NCBI RefSeq assembly: GCF_016433145.1
Contig: NC_058135.1
Location: 275,260,214-275,324,213 of the forward strand
Direction: 5' to 3'
Length of the DNA: 64,000 bases
Source of the DNA: Gracilinanus agilis
Lineage: Eukaryota
The notes under the pieces: model-generated
Databases searched by the model: none
What the model was told of the DNA's origin: nothing
What the model saw: only the letters and a program-made list of their open reading frames with translations
Position numbers and translations under genes: made by a program
Part shown: positions 27,551-41,237 of the stretch, one piece after another
How the letters are laid out: the number at the start of each line of letters is the position of its first letter
Position numbering within the stretch: position 1 is the first letter of the stretch

Positions 27551-29226
27551 CAACAATCCTGTTTTGATCAGAGTACTTTCTTGAACTTTGACTTAGAAAC
27601 TGATTGGCATTTACAATCCAGGATTTCAGACCAGAACACTTTTTTTCCGCTTTCTATTAATGTTGGAGTTTACATCTATGGAAGGGGATCTTGATGGAAA
27701 AGCAATTAGTGCTTCATTTTAGAGGTGCCCATTAGAATTTGGACAGTTAATAAAGAGGTCAATAAGAGGTGGAAGGGATTTAGAGAGGAAGTTGTGGGGC
27801 ACCAATTCCCTTGTTTCATCAGCAATTATGAACTCCTACACTTACCTCTGTAGATATATTTGGCTAAGCCTGTGGAAAATGGGTCCTGTATTTTTTCTCC
27901 ATAGGGTTCAGGATCAAGCTGCTCTGACAGGGACCCAAGTTCTAATTAGTTCCAGGTGGTAAAGGTGAAGGCTTCAGTGTCTTATGTCCACCTCTATTCT
28001 TAAGCAATGGTTCAAGTTATTATGTCACATTCCTATTTTTGCTGTCAACAGATGGGAAGACCTCCTAGGTCCTTAAGCAAGGTACAAGGGCAGTGCTCAC
28101 AAGTATATGGTTTCCTTCCTTCCCCTTCCCCAAGCACACACATATTGACCAAATCTAATTATGGTATTGGATAGACACTCTTCACATCTTAATATGTTGT
28201 TATTTTTAATATTTTCTTGAACTTGAGAATTGGAAAATTGTTCCTTAAATTTAATATTTGATATTAGTTCTTAAACATTTAATAGCCTTAGAATGATTAT
28301 TTGAATATTTGGGCAAACAGCTTATTCCTCTGAGAGACAATGAGCCTGAAAGTCATTAAGATAAATGATTATAATTTGCTACTAGAGAATATCAAGGGGG
28401 GAAAATAAATTTGTTTGTGACATCTTAGAAAGAATCAGTGTAGGTAACAGAAATGTAGCTGTGATGAGAAGTTTTTGATGTTTCAGAGAATCAGTATAAT
28501 CATAGTAGCTATGTTGGAGTTTGAATTTAACAAACCTCTACATATAGCACATCATTTCAAAATCAAAACATAGGAGTATAGTGGATATACAGAACACTTC
28601 TTAATGATGAAGACATGGATACAAATTCCATCTTTGAAATTTAGTAGGCTGTATGACCCTAGGAAAGTACTATCTTATATAAATTGGTAGAGGGAATAAA
28701 TCCCAATGGGGATTTCTTCAAACAAATGAAATCACACATCTCTACAATGTAACAATAGTCCTATGATATAGATAATAAAGTCACAATTATCCTGTGAAAT
28801 ATTGCTTATTAAAGTGTGTAAAGATGATATATGAGACACTGACTACTCTAGAATATGTCATTTTAAACTGATCATCACCATATAACTGTCAGAGATATGA
28901 GGATGCAACATTTGATTCTTAATTCTATTTTCCTAAAGTCTTGATTACTTTTATTCATATATGTATATGCACATATGAATTTTAATACAAATAGTTGTAT
29001 AAATTTTGGCTTAGAGTTCTGCTTTCCAAAGAATATTTAGACTAAGTGAACTCTAAGGTTTCTTTCACATTTTGACGTTTAATGTTTACATATGTTTTAA
29101 ATAATATTGCCATTTAATGACACTTGAAGGGGTTCAAGTGGCTTAATTCTGGTGAATTGAACTCACCCTTCAGATTCCCAATGTTTGAGTAAAATCTCCA
29201 ACTCGCTGAGATAATCACAACATATA

Positions 29227-30156
29227 TTAAGAAAATATTTTACTTTTCAATTTTTCCAGGGCCCCTTTCACATCTTTGTTTCTTAAACTGTAGATAAGGG
29301 GGTTCAACATGGGAATGACAATAGTATAAAACAAGGAGGTAATTTTGTCTTGATCTAATGAATAGGCAGAACTTGGTCTGAAGTACATAAAAAGAATAGT
29401 ACCCTGGAAGATTGTGACAACAGCTAAATGAGAAGTACAGGTAGAAAATGTTTTCCATCTGCCCTCAGTGGAGTGGATTTTCAACACAGATAGAATTATA
29501 TAACAATAAGAAATGAGGACTGCTAAAATAGTGACCATTTCAATAAAACCAAAGACAGTGAAGATCACAAGCTCGTTGACATGGGTATCAGAACAAGAGA
29601 TTAACAAAAGAGGAGGAACATCACAGAAGAAATGATTGATCTCATTGGACATACAGAAACTCAGTGTGAAGGTTAAAGTTGTATGTAGCAGGGCATCCAT
29701 CATCCCCACCATGTAGACCCCAGCAATCATTAAGTAGCAGACCTTGCTAGTCATGTTTACTGTATAAAGCAAAGGGTTACTTATTGCCATATAGCGATCA
29801 AAGGCCATTACTGCTAACAGTAGACACTCAGAATCTGTAAATGTACAAAAGAAATAGAATTGCAAAGCACAACCAATGAAGGAAATGGATTTGTCCTCAG
29901 CAAAGATGTCCACCAGCATCTTGGGGCCAATGGCTGTAGAGTAACAGAGGTCACAGAAGGACATGTGGCTAAGGAAGAAATACATGGGTGAATGGAGTTG
30001 AGAGTCTAACCGGATTAAGATGATCATCCCAATATTTGTTATAAGAATAACCAAATAAATTATGAGAAAAAGAACAAAGAAGGCCACATTTAGTTCAGGA
30101 TCATTGGTAATTCCCAAGAGGATGAATTTAGTTGGAGTGGAATAATTCTTATCCAT
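29227..30156 (-). CDS. OR5W2: class II olfactory receptor, OR5W2-like (309 aa, starts MDKNYS)
   Basis: Intact ORF with [41 protein letters not shown] and [12 protein letters not shown]. Resembles human OR5W2 as recalled. Putative acceptor TCACAG 29 nt upstream of the ATG. Confidence 0.93.
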   Translation of the reverse strand: MDKNYSTPTKFILLGITNDPELNVAFFVLFLIIYLVILITNIGMIILIRLDSQLHSPMYFFLSHMSFCDLCYSTAIGPKMLVDIFAEDKSISFIGCALQFYFFCTFTDSECLLLAVMAFDRYMAISNPLLYTVNMTSKVCYLMIAGVYMVGMMDALLHTTLTFTLSFCMSNEINHFFCDVPPLLLISCSDTHVNELVIFTVFGFIEMVTILAVLISYCYIILSVLKIHSTEGRWKTFSTCTSHLAVVTIFQGTILFMYFRPSSAYSLDQDKITSLFYTIVIPMLNPLIYSLRNKDVKGALEKLKSKIFS

Positions 30157-31509
30157 TATTTCTGCTTTGTTTTTTTCCTGTGTTTCTGTGAATAGGAAAT
30201 AGGTAGGTAAAGTAACTGGATTTTTACACTTTTGTAAGAATAATGAGTAAAAAAACAATTTTTGGATCCTTACTCATCTGTAATGTGACAACAGATAGTT
30301 CCACTCCATTAGTCATTAATGCCCAAAAAATACATCAAACTTCATCCTATAGAGATAAGATAATGTAAAACAGAGAAGAAGGAACCAAAGAGATAAAGGT
30401 GCCTTATAAATATAAAAGGAGTGAAGGATTTTTTTTTAAATCCTTAGCATAAATTCAGGAGTATTTCAAATTTTCCTTTGTGAAAAAAGTTGAGACATTG
30501 GAAATGAGAGAGATAAAGACAGAGATAGAGAGGGGGGGGATTACATTTTAGTAACTGGAAAAATGATCATACTCAACATAAAATGGCAGAATCAGAGGGC
30601 ATAAGAGGGAGGGACATGTAAAATGTTCAAAAAACAACATGTGAGCTTAAAAGAGATTATTCATGTGCAGCTTTGTGCAACTTATCAATAAATCTCAGTA
30701 TCAGTTCAATTTAACAAGAATTTCTTGAATACCTGATATATATTTGGTCTCAAGCAATGGCTCAGAATGTGCAGAGAATTACCCTCAGAGCCATAAATCT
30801 TTCCTCTGCCACACAGTGTCTATATGACCAAGGGCAATCAAAGGAATGCTTCTGAGACTCAGTTTTCTCAACTATAAAATATTATTTTATATGGTGTTTG
30901 TCAGGAGGATCAAAAGAAAAGTAATGTTAAACTTTTTTGCACATTTTATTAAATTGTTACTGTCCTTTATATATATTTATATTTATATAAATATATTTTA
31001 TATATTTATATAAATATAAATATTTCTCGTCTCATAGTTATATAAATCTGGTTTCAAGTTTTACCTTTGCTTCATAATAGCTGCCTGATCCTGAACCCAC
31101 TTACAAACTCTAGACATCTCCCTCAGATAAAAAAATTTGAAGAGCAAGTTCTGGTCTGCATTTATGCCAGGAGTTACTTCTTTTAAAATTCCCCTCTTTA
31201 TGAAACATAAGACTAGTCTATAATCATAAAAATTAGCACTTCCAAAAATCCAGTTACAACTTATTGATTTTTCTTTCTTCATTTTTCCCGAAAATCATAA
31301 ATGCATTTGTTTCAGATAAACATAGAAGAAAGCTTACAACCTTTCAATATGTTTTAAAGATTTTTTATGATTCAACATGCTGTCGTGTATTAGAAATTTC
31401 ATCAGTCATTTAAAAAGAATAACAGTTCATCATTTGGTGTCAATTTTAGTGTTTGGGGCTATCTATTTTCATGAGATAGGTTTGTAGAATGTGTTGGAAG
31501 AGTAAATTA

Positions 31510-31547
31510 TGTATGTATATATATATGTATATATATATACATATATA

Positions 31548-31586
<39 letters not shown>
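31510..31586. repeat. compound (TA)n(TG)n microsatellite
   Basis: Read directly. Confidence 0.9.
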
Positions 31587-31588
<2 letters not shown>

Positions 31589-32184
31589 ACAGACACATAC
31601 ATTCTAATTTATGTATTGAGACTTGGAACAGGAATATGAATGATATATAAAAAGAAATGTTAGGTAAAGTGGAAAAGCAATGCTTTGATTTTTTAAAATC
31701 TCACCAAATTATATTTGTAAGAACCTTTAGAAGGTGCTTTCCTGACTACTTTTTGATATAAGTAAAATTTTAATATTCATTATGTCGAAAGAGGAAAATG
31801 CTTCAGTGAAACCCATCTTAAACAGCAATACCTAAGAATTATATTAATTTTTCATTCAGAGAAGGTGAATTCTATCCTAAGGAGAGAAAAACCATCTGTG
31901 ATGTTTAGTACTATGTTCTGACAATCACAGTTACAAAGCTTCAAGGAAAGTACACTTAGTCAAAAATGCCTAGAACTCTCACAACTCTTACTTTTGTGTC
32001 TAGTGCCATTCAACTTGTCCTGCAAAACCATCTCTTAAGATTTCTAAAACATACCTGGTTAAAGAACATCCACATACCTTGTATAATTGGCTCAAGAGGA
32101 GGGAAGTCATTTTTTAAATTTTAGTGATATTAGGAACTTATAGGTTGGAAACCTCTGGGTTATCTCTACACTATTGTGTAAACC

Positions 32185-32321
32185 CTTACCTAATTAACCT
32201 GAAGGGAAAGCTCATTAGTCTTCTCCTCCTTGAGTTATATATTGCCTCAGACTAAGGTGGGAAGTGCAATTGGGGACACGTTTAAATTTTTATTCCCAAA
32301 GTGTTTCCTCAAATTGGTAGA
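32185..32321 (-). promoter_or_regulatory. candidate promoter and non-coding first exon of OR5W2-like copy A
   Basis: 132/137 identical to 59758-59894. Contains TAATTA/TAATGA sites and TATATAA, and ends in donor AG|GTAAGG (GT at 32189-32188). Confidence 0.55.
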
Positions 32322-35300
32322 ATATCTTGAAGAAAATTTCACTTTATCTTACCTTTACAAGTTGGTGATGGAAGATGTTGGGGGAAAGATTTATAGAAGG
32401 GAGAGAGTGGTGTTTAGGGCTAAAACTTTTCCAATTGATTATGAACCACTGTATATCCAAACTTGCAATTTAATTTGGAATTCTTGAATTCAACTTTATA
32501 CAAATTTATTATGGCATTGAAATATACATTGTTTTATGGGAAATAATATTAATAATTTTACACATGAAATTTTGATTAAAGTTTATTACATTCAAAATTA
32601 AAATTCTTTGATTTTGAAAACAAATACAAGTCAGATAATTGGATCTCATTATTCAAAATCCAACACTCTTTTCAAATGTAAATTCCTTTGCTAGAAGGAA
32701 AGAAAGAAGGAAGGAAGGAAGGAAGAAAGAATGAATAAATATTATTTCTTGCCCTCAGGAAATGGAGAAGATAAATATATATTAATCTGAAGATCCACAG
32801 AAAAAAGTAAATATATGAGTATAATAAAATGCATGTGACAACAACTCATCAGGAAAGTGTACATAGATAGAAGTTGTAAAAATAGATAATTTATGGAAAA
32901 ATTAATATATGTTCTTTCCATTCAAAGAAGGAATTACATAAATAAACAAATATAAGATGAAAGTATTGAAGAAAGGTATGTAGACTGGAAAAAGAAAGCT
33001 GATGAGAGGGAATTAGTAAATAAAAGTATTTGGCTGCATTATAGAGAGTTTAGAGGAGACTAGGATTCAGTAAGGCTGGACATAAGTGATTTTAAGGTAG
33101 GTTACAAATATTTGTAGATAAGATCTTATTGTATTTTGAGCATTTTTCCACTACTAAAATCCAAACATTTTTTAAAGGTAAAAATCTCAGCAAAGACACA
33201 GAAGATAGGACACTGCATAATATTAATTTTTGAGACTTTTGGAAAATTGAAAAACTTCCAGTGAAATATCTTTGCTGCCATTCAGATTGAAGGAACAATA
33301 ATAATCAAAACATCCCTCACAAGTCAATATACTCTTACTCACCTTCATTTAAAATTTTAATAGGATAATTCCTGGTTGTACTTTAATCCTTATATAAATA
33401 GTATTCATTAAACTCAAAGTAATACCTTTGCAAAAGCTTTAATTTTCATTGGGTTACCATATCAAATCTTTAGGAACATTGGTCATCTGGATTCTTATGT
33501 CAAACAAATCCTCTAAACCTTTCCTCAAATTCAATAAATTCTCACCAAGGAGTAAGGCTCAGAGATGCTTTTCAGTAAGAATAAAACAGATGTATTGATG
33601 CATTCAGGGCTAGTGAGGATATTAATGATTCCAATGATTCTGGAAAGAAATTTGGAATTAGGCACATTTTCTAAATGGTATGTGAACTTTGTTTCTGTTC
33701 TATCACTGCTAGGCACATGCCATTATGGAATAAATAAAAGATATAAAGATACCATATGTACAAGAAACCTTATTATTTGCCAATTGTAGTATTAAAAATT
33801 AGAGCCAAGACAATGCCAACTGCCTGGGAAATAGCTGAACAACTTGCGCCTTAGGAATACAAAGTGAATGGGGTTTTATTTCAAAGAGACAGGAAATGAT
33901 TCATATGAACCAAATAATATTGAAGTGAACACAACCAGGAAAACAATTTAAATGATAATACAATAAAATACATTTTGAAAGATAAATCAACACTCATACA
34001 TATGATCAAACATGATATCAGAGTACTAAAAAAGAGAAAACTACATTATATGATAGAGAAAACTGATCTTAAGGGTTGAATATTAAATTAATTTTTGATA
34101 TGCAAATATCAAGAGAATGTTTTGCTTAACTGGATTTGTACAATAATTTGCGTAGCGTATTTCTTGTTTTCAGTTTTCAAAGAATTGGGGGAATGAGAAA
34201 AAAAATAAATGAAGTCTATGATTAAAAACAACAAAACTTTTTAAAAAATGAATCACAAGGAAAAAGACATATTTATTCTTTAAACAATAAGTACTTTCTC
34301 AGAACTGAATCCTCAGAGCTTGTTGTATTTAAGGATTATGAGAACTATTAAGTCCTATCTGATAAGGGAAATCAATCCTTGTTTTCATCTGGTGGCTAAA
34401 GTCTTATTATGTTTATGACATTGTTAACAAAAAAAAACACATAAATAAACAAAAATATGAATTTATCTCCATGACTATTGACTCCTATTAATTAAAAATA
34501 ATTAAGCATATAATTGTAATATTCAAAAGTAAATATTTCATTAAGAATTTTAAAGATTGGATTTCTGGGATAAGATGGCCGCAGTAGCAAGGGGCTCTTT
34601 CTCCTCACCACCAAACAATGTGAAAAGCCTCAAAAGGAAAAGGAGCAGAATTAGATAAGCAAAAGGACTCTACTATAGGGGAAAGACTTAAAGGGAGCCA
34701 GTGTTTGGGCATTTCCACACTATAAGGGGATAAAATCACTCATACAAAAGCTTGAACTGATCACCCCTTCCCCATTATACCTACCACACCAGAGTCAGAG
34801 TGAGCACATGAGAGTCAGAGCATGCACAGGGCAATCACTAGGTTGTCAGAGTGCCTGACTGAGGACATCACAAACTTATGCCTGAGAGAAGCGAGACATG
34901 GAACCCCAGGAGACTGAGAAATGTGGAGCTTGGGCAGAGTGGCACTGCCCATAGCAGACATTGGGGAGCCACAAAAAATAGCCACAGGCCAAAACATCTG
35001 AAGCTCAATACACAGAGAGCTGCCGACCTTCCTCACTCAGACTTATGGCTCAGAAGGGAAATAAAAACGAACATAGCAATTCTCACCAAAACCCAAGAAC
35101 TACAATCTATAACTACCAAAAAGATAAAAAAAAAAAGCCTTTGACTCTACATAATTACTCAGAGAAATAACAAACTAAAGAGGAGACAACAGATGATGAC
35201 AAATGAACAAACACATCCAAACTTTAAAAAAAAAATGGAAATTAGTCACAAGCTCTCCAAGAAGTCAGTCTGGAATTTGACAACCAAGTTAAAAGGATAG

Positions 35301-35455
35301 GAGAAAATTGGCAAGAAAAGTGGGAAATAGCTCAAAAAGAAAATTACAGTTTAAAAGAAAGAATTTCCCAGTTGGAATTAGAAGCCCAGAAATCAAATGA
35401 AACGATGACCAACTGAAGACCAGAAATGACCTGCTGAATTAAAAGATTATAGGAG

Positions 35456-35658
35456 GGGGGCAGCTGGGTAGCTCAGTGGATTGAGAGCCAGGCCTAGAGA
35501 CAGGAGGTCCTAGGTTCAAATCCGGCCCCAGACACTTCCCAGCTGTGTGACCCTGGGCAAGTCACTTGACCCCCATTGCCTACCCTTACCAATCTTCCAA
35601 CTATAAGTCAATACACAGAAGTTAAGGGTTTAAAATTAAAAAAAAAAAGAAACAAAAA
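35456..35658 (+). mobile_element. young tRNA-derived SINE (SINE1_Mdo-like)
   Basis: GGGCAGCTGGGTAGCTCAGTGG (A box) and GGTTCAAATCC (B box), A tail, 15-bp TSD AAAAGATTATAGGAG. Confidence 0.95.
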
Positions 35659-36117
35659 AAAAGATTATAGGAGAAAAAAAATGACTTTAAAGATTAGAAT
35701 TGGACAAGTAGAAGCTAATTATCTCACAAGACAGCAAGAATTAATAAAGCAAAGTCAAAAGATTGACAAAATAGAAGGAATCATAAAATATTTCATTGAG
35801 AAAATGAATGATTTGGAAAACAGATGGAGAAAAAAACAACTTGAGTATCATAGGTCTACCTGAAAATCAAGAAATAAATGAAAACTTGACATCAAACTAC
35901 AGGAATTACCCAAGAAAACTGCCCTGTTATTCTTGAACAAGAAGGCAAAATAGACATTGAAAGAGCCTATAGATTACCCTCTACACTAACCTCAAAAGAC
36001 AACTCCCAGGAATGTAATTGCCAAATTCAAGAGCTTCCAAGATAAGGAGAAAATACTAAAAGAAGCCAGAAAGGGATGATTCAGATATCAAAGAACACCA
36101 ATCATGATTTCACAGAA

Positions 36118-37077
36118 TGTAAAGTTGGGGACAGATTTGCAATGATGTAACAGCAGGCACAGAGCCCCTGGCTGAAACTCAAACCTCTAACAGGAGGAGG
36201 GGAATGAGTAGATAGAATTCAACCTCCTCCCCACCACTTTGGCAGTTAGAAGGCTCAAGCAACTGATCTAACAGAATTTCCTCTGCACCAGTAATGGATG
36301 CTCTCTGACTTAACTTTGACAGGGCTAAACTTGCCAGTAAAAAGGGGATAGTCCCACAGAAATTGATTTGTTTAACTGTTTGAGGATTATTCCCTAAACC
36401 AGGATGGATAATTGACTCAGGATGTCTTCAACACAGATTCCTTGGTCTCTGAATCTCAACTACTCACAGAGTCTGCCAAGATGAAAATTTGGCTTAGGTA
36501 ATATATAAATCCTGGCCTATGTGGCTTGGACCACAGAACTTCACACACACAGACATAACTAAACAAGGGTTTATTAACTTGGAGGAATTGGGATGGAGGA
36601 TATCTATTTAGGTAAGAAGGAAAGGCAAAATCTGTCTAATATCTTCAGGTATTGTCAGAATACCTTCCCTACAGAGGGGAGAGCCAAAATTAGAAACTTT
36701 CTTTCCCTAACTCCTTCACAAGCTAAACTGTATCTTGATGTTTAGGGTTTGTTGAGACACTGCTTGCAGGATTTCTCTTCAACAGTAATAGAATCAGCCT
36801 TGGTTAGACAGTCTTGATTATTACCTATATGGGTAAATAGAAATAATTCACCCTGCTCTTTAGGTCAGTGATAAGCTAGGCTTAAAGAAAAGTAGTAATC
36901 CTACCCCTTCTTCCACCCAGCACCCTCTTTGCCCCAAAGAGTGAATCACTTAAGCCTGGGTTGCTCCTTTGTACCCATATTCTTAACTGCACAAACTGCC
37001 CCTCTCTCTTGGGGTTCAGTGGGGTTCTGTGGGGTTCTATGGAGTAGTTCACCTCACTTAGGAGTCTTCAAGTTATA
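36118..37077 (-). mobile_element. ERV solo LTR (960 bp) inserted in L1 ORF1
   Basis: TGTAA...TTATA (decayed TTACA); 4-bp TSD AGAA/AGGA; minus-strand AATAAA near 36570; L1 sequence resumes in register. Confidence 0.75.
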
Positions 37078-37141
37078 AGGATCTGGCAGCATCCAAACTA
37101 AAGGAACACAAGGCTTGTAATATGATATTCAGAAATCAAAA

Positions 37142-37863
37142 TCCATATATATGTTGCCCACCTCAATAAGTCTGTACAAAAACTGGGAGGGGGTTTCATT
37201 GGTATGTTGTTTGGTCTCTCCAAATTTTGGCCAGCTTTTAGGTGTATCAGAGCAGGCTTTCATAGCTGACAATAATGCTTCTCTGCCTTGGTAGAGTTTT
37301 GTGTAATCTAGGTGTGAATTGTAATTCCATTTAGGATTCTGGACCAGGCCAATTAACTACTCCCCTACCTTTCTCCTTATTGACAAGAGAGATAATTCTA
37401 TTTTTCTCACTTCTTGTTAGAAATGCTTTCAATAGATTTTCAGCATCTGTCCAATTGGAGTCATAAGTTTGGAATATATTCTCTAATTTTTTTTCATAAA
37501 GATTGGTTTGTTCTCAAAAGTAGGCATATTTTCTTTGAAACTAGCTAAATCTTGAGGGTTGAAGGGTGTGTGGTGTCTTATGGGCCCCAACTCCCCATTT
37601 TTATTGAAGGTGGGTACTTCCTTTAAGGGGAATAAGTGTTGGGCTGCATCATTTTCTGTTCCTGCCTCTAGGTTCCCTGTTTGGTGATTAGTGGGAAAGG
37701 TAAGGGAAGGGTTTGAGTCAGCAGCAGGGACTACCTCCAGTGGAGTAGTGAGAGGAGCAGATTCAGAATGGGACAAAGATTCTGATAATGAGGAAGTATA
37801 GAGAAGTAAGTCTCCCTTATGCTGGAATTTTCTCATTTTTCGTTTTTTGTTTTTCTTCTTTTT
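37142..37863 (-). pseudogene. class I ERV gag fragment (capsid including major homology region), frameshifted and truncated
   Basis: PLKEVP...RHHTPFNPQDL...YDSNWTDAENLL...WNYNS...KQHTNETPSQFLYRLIE, spread over two frameshifts. Confidence 0.8.
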
Positions 37864-38492
37864 AAGTACTTTTTGTGGAATTCTGGGAAGATGGCGACTT
37901 AGACGGAGAGAAACTTAAAACCTCTACACTCTTACACATTGAGATAGAAAACAATGCACTTTGAGAAGAAAGAGGACCAAATCTAATAATGGGCCAGAGT
38001 AGGGGGAACCTTACTGCAGCACAACTAGAGGTACACCAAGAAAAAGGCTTCGATTCTTGAACTGTGAGATCTGAGGACACAGAAAGGGAATCTCGGGATG
38101 CCTCCCCCACATGCTGTGCAGTCTCCAGCTGGTGTACCCACCCCCCTGGAGATAGGGCCTTGCTGGCTCCAGACTCGGGGAGTTGAACAAAAGCATTGGA
38201 GAGGTGACTGGAGGAGAAAGCCAGAGAAACACACCAAAAATGCCCAGAAGATGGTGGCTTAGAGACAGCCAAACCTCAGACTGAAGACAGCTTGGCTTCC
38301 TTATACCAAGATAGAGAACAAAGGGCTTTAAGAGGAAAGAAAACCAGATCAAACACAAGGACAGATCAGGGGGACCCCATTGCTAGACAGCTCAGCTCAG
38401 CTAAAATGTTCCTTCTTGTCCCCCCACTTTTATTTTTTTTTTCTTTCCTCCTCTCAGGTTTTAGCCTTAGGGCAGATTAAGAAACTAATTCA

Positions 38493-38671
38493 GGGGCAGC
38501 TGGGTAGCTCAGCAGATTGAGAATCAGGACTAGATACAGGCAGTCCTGAGTTCAAATCCGTCTTCAGACACTTCCCAGCTGTGTGACCCTGAGCAAATCA
38601 CATGACCCCCATTGGCCATCCTTACCACTCTTCCACCTAGGAGCCAATACACAAAAGTTAAGTGTTAAAAA
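38493..38671 (+). mobile_element. tRNA-derived SINE (SINE1_Mdo-like) in L1 5' UTR
   Basis: GGGGCAGCTGGGTAGCTCAG head; 14-bp TSD AAGAAACTAATTCA/AAGAAATTAATTCA. Confidence 0.9.
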
Positions 38672-40089
38672 AAGAAATTAATTCAATCAATAAAGGCTTG
38701 ATAACATCCATTAGAGTGACAAGAAGTCTTCAGAGGGCAGAGAATGTAACTACAAACCTCCATTGCCAGCTGAGGGAAGATCTTTCATCAAAGATTATTA
38801 AATACAACTGTTCAACTAGCACAACAAAAAAGGGAAAAAAATGAGTTAGCAACAGAAAAATAGAAAATAAATGACAATTGACAGCTTCTTTCCAGGAAGT
38901 GAAAAGAGAACAAATGAAATAGAAATAGAAGAAGAGGAAGTAATTCCAGCAAACTGGACACAGGCTTTGGAAGATCTCAAAATTCAATTAACTCAAGAAC
39001 TTCAGGAACTCAAAAACCAATCATGAGAGGCAAGAGAGGCTGAAGACAATTTGAAAAAGGAAATACATGAACTAAAACAAGAAAATAAAGTCTTGAAGTC
39101 CAGAATTGGCCAGCTTGAAAATGAATCAAAGAAGGCAAAAGATGATCTACAAAGAAAATCAGACAAGAAGGAGAAGGATGACCAAAAAGCCAGGGATGAA
39201 ATTCAGTCTTTAAAAAAGATAACTCAATAACTAGAAACAAATGACTTCACAAGGCAGCAGGAATATGTTAAACAAAATAAAAAAAAATGAAAAATTTGAG
39301 GAGAATATGAAACACCTCATTGATTCAACCAAAGATCTGGAGAACAGCTAGAAGAGATAACTTGAGAATTATTGGTTTACCAGTACACAGTGATAAAATT
39401 AAAAGTTTAGATAGCATCCTACAAGAAATTATCAGAGACAATTGCCCTGAAATTCTAAAATAAGAGGGAAAAGTGGAAATTGAGAGAATCCACAGATCAT
39501 CTCCTACATTTAATCCACAACTGACAACTTCCAGGAATATTATAGCCAAATTTAAAAACTACCAGACCAAGGAAAAATATTACAAGGTGCTAAAAAGAAG
39601 TCATTCAGATATCAGGGAACTGCAGTTAGGATAACACAAGATCTGGCTGCAACTACATTCAAGGAACAGAAGGCATGGAACACAATATTCCAGAAAGCAA
39701 GAGAACTGAGTCTACAACCAAGAATTAACTATCCAGCAAAACTGACTATATTATTGCAGGGAAAAGTATGGTCATTCAATAAAATCAAGGACTTCCAAGC
39801 ATTCATCAAGAAAAAAACTGGACTTAAACAAAGAGTTTGCTGTCCAAACACAGAACTCTAGAGAATCACCATAAGGTAATTAAGAGAATGGGGGGAGGGG
39901 AAAATAATTTTCTTTAAGGGATCTAATAAGTTCAATCAATTTGTATCCCCAAAAGAAAAGAAGATATTGGCAAATATTAAAAATTATTATTATCTACAGG
40001 GTAACTAGAAGAAGTTTACATAGAGGGAAAAGTAAGAAATGGTATAGGATGAAATGTCAAGTGATATATATATATATATATATATACAT

Positions 40090-40482
40090 NNNNNNNNNNN
40101 NNNNNNNNNNNNNNNNNNNNNNNNNNNNNNNNNNNNNNNNNNNNNNNNNNNNNNNNNNNNNNNNNNNNNNNNNNNNNNNNNNNNNNNNNNNNNNNNNNNN
40201 NNNNNNNNNNNNNNNNNNNNNNNNNNNNNNNNNNNNNNNNNNNNNNNNNNNNNNNNNNNNNNNNNNNNNNNNNNNNNNNNNNNNNNNNNNNNNNNNNNNN
40301 NNNNNNNNNNNNNNNNNNNNNNNNNNNNNNNNNNNNNNNNNNNNNNNNNNNNNNNNNNNNNNNNNNNNNNNNNNNNNNNNNNNNNNNNNNNNNNNNNNNN
40401 NNNNNNNNNNNNNNNNNNNNNNNNNNNNNNNNNNNNNNNNNNNNNNNNNNNNNNNNNNNNNNNNNNNNNNNNNNNNNNNNNN
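40090..40482. other. assembly gap (393 N) inside a (TA)n tract of the L1 inter-ORF spacer
   Basis: N run flanked by TA repeats. Confidence 0.99.
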
Positions 40483-40640
40483 AGATATATATATATGTAT
40501 AAATATATACAAAACTAGAGTGGGGAAAGAAGGTAATAATAAGAAAAATAAAGAAAAAACCAAAAAGGAATAAATTTATATTCCATAAAGAAGCATGTGG
40601 GACCAACAGGGAAAAATAACAATATACTGTAAGGGTAAAG

Positions 40641-41237
40641 TGTAGCAATCCAGGTATACATTAATTGTGATATTATTTTAAGAAGTATTCAAAAAAAAAA
40701 CTTAACTCTTATACTGCTAATGATTGACCTCTGTTATTTTGAGTCAAATTGCCAAATCCCTAGCCCTTCCCTAAGGCTACACCCCAGAAGAGAGTCAGTT
40801 ATCTCAGTCTCCTTACTTTTCCTTCAATGATCAATTAACATAGGTATCAAACATAAGTAGATGCCTTAGGCCATATCCGATCTGGATCCTGATCTTAGCT
40901 CTACTTATTGTTTTAGGTTTTGGCAGTTTGCATTTTATGATGATTACCTCATAATGTTAATGTATCAGGCCACCAGCCTCACCCCTTCCCCCCATACTGT
41001 TGTAACCCCAATAAAAGTGACAAGACATCATTTGACAAGAGAGCTCTTGACCATCAGAGCTTACTCTCTGTCTGTCTACCTTATGCCAAAACTTTCTGTG
41101 TCTGTGTATCTTTATTCTCGCCTTATGTCCTCTTTCCATTAATCCTTAACCCGTAACTCATTTTCACTCAGTCCTTGGTTCCCCTTTCTAAGTGTCCAAC
41201 CCACTAGGAATCTTCGTGAAGCTGCTGGATGGCTTCA
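40641..41237 (+). mobile_element. solo LTR (597 bp) with 5-bp TSD
   Basis: TGTAGC...GGCTTCA flanked by TAAAG (40636-40640, 41238-41242); AATAAA near 41010. Confidence 0.82.

Larger units (their letters stand above)
34562..37141 (+). mobile_element. L1 LINE 5' portion (5' UTR and decayed ORF1), interrupted by a SINE and a solo LTR, truncated
   Basis: Starts TTCTGGGATAAGATGGCCGC; ORF1-like sequence is homologous to 38800-39800. Confidence 0.8.

Noticed and set aside
30157-30258. N-terminal extensions of the OR5W ORFs in the track (also 55953-55991)
   Set aside because: Non-ATG starts, not conserved between paralogs, and they cross a conserved splice acceptor.
32230-32487. Similar short ORFs at 32230 and 59803 as a conserved small protein
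   Set aside because: Non-ATG starts, divergent C-termini, and the similarity is explained by the conserved promoter block on the opposite strand.
35456-35530. tRNA gene at SINE heads (A and B boxes)
   Set aside because: Each head continues into a SINE body with an A tail and TSD; these are not tRNA genes.
36118-37077. This LTR as the 3' LTR of the split ERV
   Set aside because: It has its own TSD within L1 ORF1 and no visible similarity to the LTR starting at 48141.
39941-40648. Four 150-210 aa ORFs in the track
   Set aside because: Artefacts of reading through the N gap and TA repeats.
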